Shown here: positions 58,110-62,918 of the stretch, one piece after another
Layout of the letters: every line of letters starts with the position of its first letter
Position numbering within the stretch: the first letter of the stretch is position 1
Translations under genes and position numbers: made by a program
Notes under the pieces: generated by a model
The model's input: the letters and a program-made list of their open reading frames with translations, nothing else
The model's database searches: none
What the model was told of the DNA's origin: nothing
IMG/VR virus record: IMGVR_UViG_3300048848_000227
Location: 1 to 62,918 of that record
DNA: 62,918 bases
From: a virus
Taxonomy: Duplodnaviria; Caudoviricetes
Reading direction: 5' to 3' (one strand)

Positions 58110-59363
58110 ATGACCACACCACCACTTAGCGACGATATCCTGCAGGAAGCCGTGCTCATCAGAGCAGCGGCCGGCTCAGACAGGGAAGCCGCCGAAGCGC
58201 TTGGCATCGCCAGATCCTCGCTGCAGAACAGACTCAAGCGCGCCGCCGAACGCGGGTTGATGGGCGTGGCTCCGGTTTTGCCGGGGTTCCGTATCTCGCA
58301 AATCAGCAACACGCCGAACGGCGACTTCATCCAGCAGAAGCCCGAACGTGGCGAAGCGTGGACCCTGCCGGAAGGGCATTCGATAAAGGGCGTGTCTGCG
58401 CTCGTTGATGCGGATGGGCGGACGGTGCAGAGCTGGGTAAAAACGGCGGCAGATTCCGTGAAGGCCAACAACCTGCGCGACGCCATTCTGGCTGTCTTCG
58501 CGGATCATTCCGCGGCCGTCCTGCCGGACCCGCCTGCATTCACAGACGCCGACACTATGACCGTCTACCCGATCGTCGATCTTCACCTGGGGCTCTACGC
58601 GTGGGCTCGAGAGACCGGTGCGGACTACGACGTCGACATCTCGGCAGGCCTACTGCGGGCGGCCGTGAGCAATCTTGTCTCCCGCTCAGCGGCATCCGAG
58701 ACCGCCATCGTGCTAGATTTGGGAGATTATTTCCACGCGGACGATAGCCGCAACCAGACAAAACGCAGCGGCAACCCGCTTGATGTCGATACGCGCTACG
58801 CCCGCGTTCTTCAGGTCGGCTACGAACTCGTCGTCGAGACGATCGAGTTGGCGCTGCAGAAGCACGCCAAAGTCATCTACCGGAAGCTGCCTGGCAACCA
58901 CGACGACGAAACCAGCCTAATGCTGGCCATCTCAATCGCCGCTCACTTCCGCAATGAGCCGCGCGTGTCCGTTGATACCGACCCCAGCCGCTTCTTTATT
59001 CATCGCTTCGGCAAGGTGATGATTGGGGCGACGCATGGCGATCAGCTCAAGAAGGACGACATGGCCGGCTTTATGTCGACCAACTACCCGGAGGAGTGGG
59101 GGCAGACGCGATTCCGCCACGGGTTCACCGGCCACATCCACCACGACACGGCCAAGGTCCGGAATGGTGTGAAAGTCGAGAGCTTCAATACGCTCGCTGC
59201 AAAAGACGCTTGGCACGCCGGCATGGGTTTCTCGTCGCCGCGCACCGCTGTCTCCATCACGATGCACCGCGACTACGGCGAGATCGATCGGTTCACCGTG
59301 AGCTTGCCCATGCTTCAGCGGGCGGCGGCGAATGACAACGAACTATTGAAGGCAGCGGCATGA
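58110..59363 (+). CDS. Calcineurin-like metallophosphoesterase with N-terminal HTH
   Basis: DLHLG, GDYFH, GNHD, HGD, GHIHH. Confidence 0.88.
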   Translation: MTTPPLSDDILQEAVLIRAAAGSDREAAEALGIARSSLQNRLKRAAERGLMGVAPVLPGFRISQISNTPNGDFIQQKPERGEAWTLPEGHSIKGVSALVDADGRTVQSWVKTAADSVKANNLRDAILAVFADHSAAVLPDPPAFTDADTMTVYPIVDLHLGLYAWARETGADYDVDISAGLLRAAVSNLVSRSAASETAIVLDLGDYFHADDSRNQTKRSGNPLDVDTRYARVLQVGYELVVETIELALQKHAKVIYRKLPGNHDDETSLMLAISIAAHFRNEPRVSVDTDPSRFFIHRFGKVMIGATHGDQLKKDDMAGFMSTNYPEEWGQTRFRHGFTGHIHHDTAKVRNGVKVESFNTLAAKDAWHAGMGFSSPRTAVSITMHRDYGEIDRFTVSLPMLQRAAANDNELLKAAA

Positions 59364-59848
59364 TCTTGACAGTTGAGAGGCTTCGGGAGGTACTGCATTA
59401 TGATACAGAGACTGGAAACTTCGTCTGGCTAGTGTCAACTAGCAACCGCGTAAGGGTAGGCGCAGTTGCCGGGAACGCTTCCGGTCACGAGTATCATCGA
59501 ATCCGAGTCGATGGTGGGCTATATTACGCCCATCGGCTAGCTGTTTTCTACCAGACGGGGCAGTGGCCGAAGAACAAGGTTGATCACAAGAGTATCAACA
59601 AGCGAGACAATGCTTGGGATAATCTTCGCGAAGCGACCAACCAGGACAACTCGGCAAACGTCCCAGTCAGCAAAAACAACAGCGTTGGCCTGAAGGGGGT
59701 CAGCCGAGATGGAAAGCGCTATCGCGCACACATCACAATCAAAGGAAAATACAACCACCTTGGAAACTTCGCCACTCCGGAGGAAGCGCATGCAGCCTAT
59801 TTAATAGCTGCCAACGACAACTTTGGTGAATTCGCTAGAGCAGCCTAA
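59360..59848 (+). CDS. HNH-AP2 endonuclease
   Basis: LHYDTETG, AHRLA, VDH..DNAWDNLR, KGVS..HLGNF. Confidence 0.9.
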   Translation: MILTVERLREVLHYDTETGNFVWLVSTSNRVRVGAVAGNASGHEYHRIRVDGGLYYAHRLAVFYQTGQWPKNKVDHKSINKRDNAWDNLREATNQDNSANVPVSKNNSVGLKGVSRDGKRYRAHITIKGKYNHLGNFATPEEAHAAYLIAANDNFGEFARAA

Positions 59849-59903
59849 CCACACCCAGCCGCCACCAACCGGCTGGGCCACCACACCACAAGAGGAGAAC
59901 ACC

Positions 59904-60461
59904 ATGGGACTTTTAGCGGCCCACGTAGGAAGAGTTATGGCGGAAGGCACCAAGCCGCCCATCGCCGCCAACGACAACACCCCACAGGGCGGCCAGTACA
60001 TCGGCCTCACCCGCCAAGCAGCCACCATGCAAGCCTACGACGAGTCCGTCGAAGCTTGGCGCGCATCAACCGACCGCAAGCAGTCCGGCCTCGAGGGGCT
60101 CGCCGCCCTGCCGGGTTACGCCTACCTCGCGTCACCCTACAGCAAGTACCCATACGGCCACGCTGAGGCCGCCAGGGTGGCCTGCGCGGTAACGGCGGGA
60201 CTTATGCGGCGTGGCATCGTCGCATACTCGCCTATCGCTCACGGACACGCTGTGGCCGAACACGGCCTGCCGCTCGACTGGCCTTTCTGGAAGCGCCAGT
60301 GCGATCCGCTGCTGGCCGGCGCTGCTGCAATGATCGTGCTGCAGGCGCATGGCTGGTGGGATTCCGTCGGCATGCAGTACGAGCTCGACGCGTTCATCGG
60401 GACGGGGCGGCCGATCCAGTATGTCGAGCCGGCGGATTTTTGTGTGGTGGAGGGGGTGTGA
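59904..60461 (+). CDS. DUF1937 / nucleoside deoxyribosyltransferase-like protein
   Basis: YLASPYS, YSPIAHGH, GW.DS.G..YE. Confidence 0.75.
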   Translation: MGLLAAHVGRVMAEGTKPPIAANDNTPQGGQYIGLTRQAATMQAYDESVEAWRASTDRKQSGLEGLAALPGYAYLASPYSKYPYGHAEAARVACAVTAGLMRRGIVAYSPIAHGHAVAEHGLPLDWPFWKRQCDPLLAGAAAMIVLQAHGWWDSVGMQYELDAFIGTGRPIQYVEPADFCVVEGV

Positions 60462-60628
60462 TGGATAGGGACGAAATAATCTTCAGCAGCTTTGTGCTGG
60501 TCTACATCACTGGTGGCCTGGTCTCTCTCGGGATGATGGTCAAAACTCTCGGTATTCCTGCCATTTTGGTTGCGCCGTTCTGGCCCGCCGCTTGGCTCAT
60601 CTATTTCGGGCATTGGATCGTGTCATGA
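60461..60628 (+). CDS. Small membrane protein
   Basis: Hydrophobic 55 aa; coupled. Confidence 0.5.
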   Translation: MDRDEIIFSSFVLVYITGGLVSLGMMVKTLGIPAILVAPFWPAAWLIYFGHWIVS

Positions 60629-61029
60629 GCGACCTATCACGAGCCATAGAAGTAGCCGTCGACGCTCACTGGGAGCAAGCCGACAAGACCGGCCAGCCCT
60701 ACATCCTTCACCCTCTCCGCGTGATGCTGTCGCAGAAGGATGAGACGTCGCGCATTGTCGCCGTCCTTCATGACGTCGTCGAGGACTCGACATCGGTAGG
60801 CCACGGCGACATCCTCGCGATGTTCGGCGCGAGCGTCCACACCGCTGTGTATGCGCTCACCCGTCAGGACGGCGAAACATACGAGGCGTTCATTCTACGA
60901 GCCAAGGCCGACCCGATCGCACGGCGCGTCAAGATTGCCGACATTAAGGACAACCTGCGGCCAGGCGCGCCGCACCTGCGCGAACGATATGAGGCGGCAC
61001 TTGCCGTATTGGAGGAACCAACATGCTGA
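60625..61029 (+). CDS. HD-domain hydrolase (SpoT/Mesh1-like)
   Basis: AH..Q.DK.GQPYILHP, AVLHDVVED, VKIADIKDN. Confidence 0.85.
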   Translation: MSDLSRAIEVAVDAHWEQADKTGQPYILHPLRVMLSQKDETSRIVAVLHDVVEDSTSVGHGDILAMFGASVHTAVYALTRQDGETYEAFILRAKADPIARRVKIADIKDNLRPGAPHLRERYEAALAVLEEPTC

Positions 61030-61505
61030 ACGAACGCGGAGAACTCACGGAAGTGCCAGATCAGCTGAAGGCTCTGGCACGCGCCATCGGCAAGCACCCG
61101 GCCGACGACGACTACAGCGTGTTTGACCGTGCCATGGCGGCCATGCCATCGACTAATCCGAAGCGAGCATTTGGTGTCAAGAAGCCGTCGGCGCAGTTCA
61201 TCCCGCCCGTTGCTTTGATCGAGGAGAGCGTCGTCATGGCGCTCGGTGCAGCCAAGTACGGCGCGTTCAACTGGCAGGACGACCCAGTCGACGCGACCAC
61301 CTATTATAGCGCGGCGATCCGGCATCTGCTGCAATGGTTCTCTGGCGAAGATCGAGATCCGGAAAGTGGCGCGTCGCATCTTGCGCATGTGCGGGCCTGC
61401 ATGGCCATCCTGATCGACTCGCAGGCAAGCGGGCTGCTGGTCGACGATCGACCGAAGTGCGCGCCCGTTGGGGAAGCCATCGACCGGCTGAAGGTGGCGG
61501 CGTGA
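61023..61505 (+). CDS. dATP/dGTP diphosphohydrolase-like (DUF5664)
   Basis: GAAKYGAFNW, RHL..W..GEDRDPESG.SHLAH. Confidence 0.82.
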   Translation: MLNERGELTEVPDQLKALARAIGKHPADDDYSVFDRAMAAMPSTNPKRAFGVKKPSAQFIPPVALIEESVVMALGAAKYGAFNWQDDPVDATTYYSAAIRHLLQWFSGEDRDPESGASHLAHVRACMAILIDSQASGLLVDDRPKCAPVGEAIDRLKVAA

Positions 61506-62233
61506 AAGTTGAAGACCTCAGCGAGATAGAGGTGGCGCTCCTTATGGAGCGGTTCCATCAAAAGACCCGCCGCGTCGGAAAATGCCTCGAATGGCAGGGG
61601 TATATTCAAGGCGGAGGATACGGTGTTCTAGAGCGCCGGATCGGTGGGCGGGCCATCAAGGTATTGGCCCATCGATTTTCCGCCAAATACCTTGGTGGTC
61701 TTGATATCACCGATATTGACGCATGCCATCAATGCGATAACCGAAAATGCGTTGATGATCACCATCTGTTCGCTGGCACGAGAAAACAGAACATGGAGGA
61801 TGCGGTGAATAAGGGCCGCCAAGCTAAGGGATCCATGCTGCCACAGACAAATCTGACAGAAGATCAAGTCCATCAGATCCGAGAGGATACACAAGGCTAC
61901 GAGGCAATAGCATCGCTGTTCAAGACGACCTCATCATCCGTGAGCAACATCAAAAATCTTGTCGAATGGTCGTGGCTTCCCGTTCGAGGCTCCATTCACA
62001 AAGCGGGGTCAGGCGACAGGATAGCAGGAGAGGCGCACTACTGTGCGAAGCTAGACGAGCAGAAGGTCATCAGGATACGCACCTCAAATGAGCCGCTTGC
62101 CGTTCTGGCCGCGGAGTTCGGCGTGGCCTACAACACCGTTCACTCGGCGCTGGTCGGAAAGACGTGGCGTCGTGTTGATGTTGCGGCGAATGACAACCGA
62201 ATTAGCAAGGAGGTGCTGCGGTGGGCGGCTTGA
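61502..62233 (+). CDS. HNH endonuclease with repeated C-terminal HTH-like modules
   Basis: CLEWQG, AHR, CHQCDNRKCV..HLFAGT..NMED. Confidence 0.88.
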   Translation: MKVEDLSEIEVALLMERFHQKTRRVGKCLEWQGYIQGGGYGVLERRIGGRAIKVLAHRFSAKYLGGLDITDIDACHQCDNRKCVDDHHLFAGTRKQNMEDAVNKGRQAKGSMLPQTNLTEDQVHQIREDTQGYEAIASLFKTTSSSVSNIKNLVEWSWLPVRGSIHKAGSGDRIAGEAHYCAKLDEQKVIRIRTSNEPLAVLAAEFGVAYNTVHSALVGKTWRRVDVAANDNRISKEVLRWAA

Positions 62234-62240
62234 CTGAAAG

Positions 62241-62312
62241 CTGGAGTTGGCAGCAGGCCAGCTACCGCCAACTCCAGAGGGCTCGGCTACTTTTTGCCGG
62301 GCCCTTTCTTTT
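62241..62312. terminator. Tandem hairpins between convergent genes
   Basis: CTGGAGTTGGC/GCCAACTCCAG (11 bp), then AGGGCTCGGC/GCCGGGCCCT plus a T-rich tail. Confidence 0.55.
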
Positions 62313-62448
62313 CGTCCTGCCCAAGCGCGGAGGCTGACACCTTCCGGATCTCGGTCGATGATAGCTTCCCGGTGCGGAGCCCTTTGGATGCCAAGGTCGA
62401 CACCGGCTGGCCGGTCTGCTTATTTCCACCCGTTGTAGATTTCGCCAT
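62287..62448 (-). CDS. Small basic protein (53 aa, not in the ORF track)
   Basis: AAAGGA RBS; MAKSTTGGNKQTGQPVSTLASKGLR...ASALGQ. Confidence 0.6.
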   Translation of the reverse strand: MAKSTTGGNKQTGQPVSTLASKGLRTGKLSSTEIRKVSASALGQDEKKGPGKK

Positions 62449-62558
62449 GATCAAGTTCCTTTGTTAGCGACTCTGAACTCAATCAAGATACGCCGTAATG
62501 ACGTGACCACAATCGGGACGAGGGCGAAACCACAGTTATCCCGTGGTGATTTGGCTGG

Positions 62559-62918
62559 TCACCGGGAATCCCTCCCAAACACAAACCGCTTCGTCGACCC
62601 GTCCGTAAACTCCATCGTGCCTTCCCCCGCCACCTGCGAATAGTTCGCCGTTGGCCTGGTCATCGTCACGGATCCGCGCCGGCCGTCGGTGCAGGCAACG
62701 GGGAAGACGATCGTGGCAGCCTGCCAGCTGTCGAACGTGCCGCTGCACGTTACCCCCTTGTCCGCGATGCTGAACTTGCCATTGGACATGGTCGCGCTGA
62801 ATGTTGTCTGTCCGCTACCATGCTTGCCAGTCGCATTGACGTACTGGTTCTCGAGCGTGTTGCAGCCAGCAAGAAGGGTGAGGGCGAGGAGGAGAGGCGC
62901 GCGGTTCATGGGGAGCAT
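62559..62918 (-). CDS. Lipoprotein (host or moron)
   Basis: Lipobox LAGC. Confidence 0.75.
   Translation of the reverse strand: MLPMNRAPLLLALTLLAGCNTLENQYVNATGKHGSGQTTFSATMSNGKFSIADKGVTCSGTFDSWQAATIVFPVACTDGRRGSVTMTRPTANYSQVAGEGTMEFTDGSTKRFVFGRDSR

Larger units (their letters stand above)
1994..62469. mobile_element. Temperate siphovirus prophage (HK97-type head); boundaries tentative
   Basis: Integrase, repressor, replication, terminase, portal, capsid, tail and lysis modules in canonical order; ends set on a 9-bp direct repeat TTGTTAGCG (weak). Confidence 0.93.

Noticed and set aside
61023-61505. 2-aminoadenine (Z) genome pathway
   Set aside because: No PurZ or phage DNA polymerase seen
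8510-62233. GCCAACGACAAC as a DNA-level repeat or operator
   Set aside because: Always in one coding frame with only synonymous variation, so it is better explained as a peptide motif

Overview
Apart from one host acyl-CoA dehydrogenase gene (1-1797), the window is an apparently near-complete ~60 kb temperate siphovirus prophage of an alphaproteobacterium (Rhizobiaceae-like, inferred from gene content and promoter style). Module order: tyrosine integrase and leftward early genes; CI/Cro-like switch; recombination/replication genes (RNA ligase, AAA ATPase, SSB-like, beta clamp, nuclease, sigma-like factor, helicase, RtcB, two DNA methyltransferases, primase, iteron-like origin); a ~1.15 kb highly structured non-coding tract; HK97-type head and long tail; lysis genes; and a right-arm accessory operon (serine protease, MotA/MotB-like pair, phosphoesterase, HD and dNTP hydrolases, HNH nucleases). 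Most striking signal: non-structural proteins hard-code the alphaproteobacterial tmRNA (ssrA) tag. Exact ANDN occurs in 12 proteins with different synonymous codons, five of them end in full (A/P)ANDN-x-AA tags, and at least 22 ORFs end in AA. This suggests phage-wide use of SspB/ClpXP proteolysis. Other candidates: an ncRNA domain array with an anticodon-less tRNA mimic, four identical promoter/operator 20-mers, and repeated CACCA-loop leader hairpins. All calls are by eye, with no database searches; many starts were reassigned from RBS or overlap evidence.
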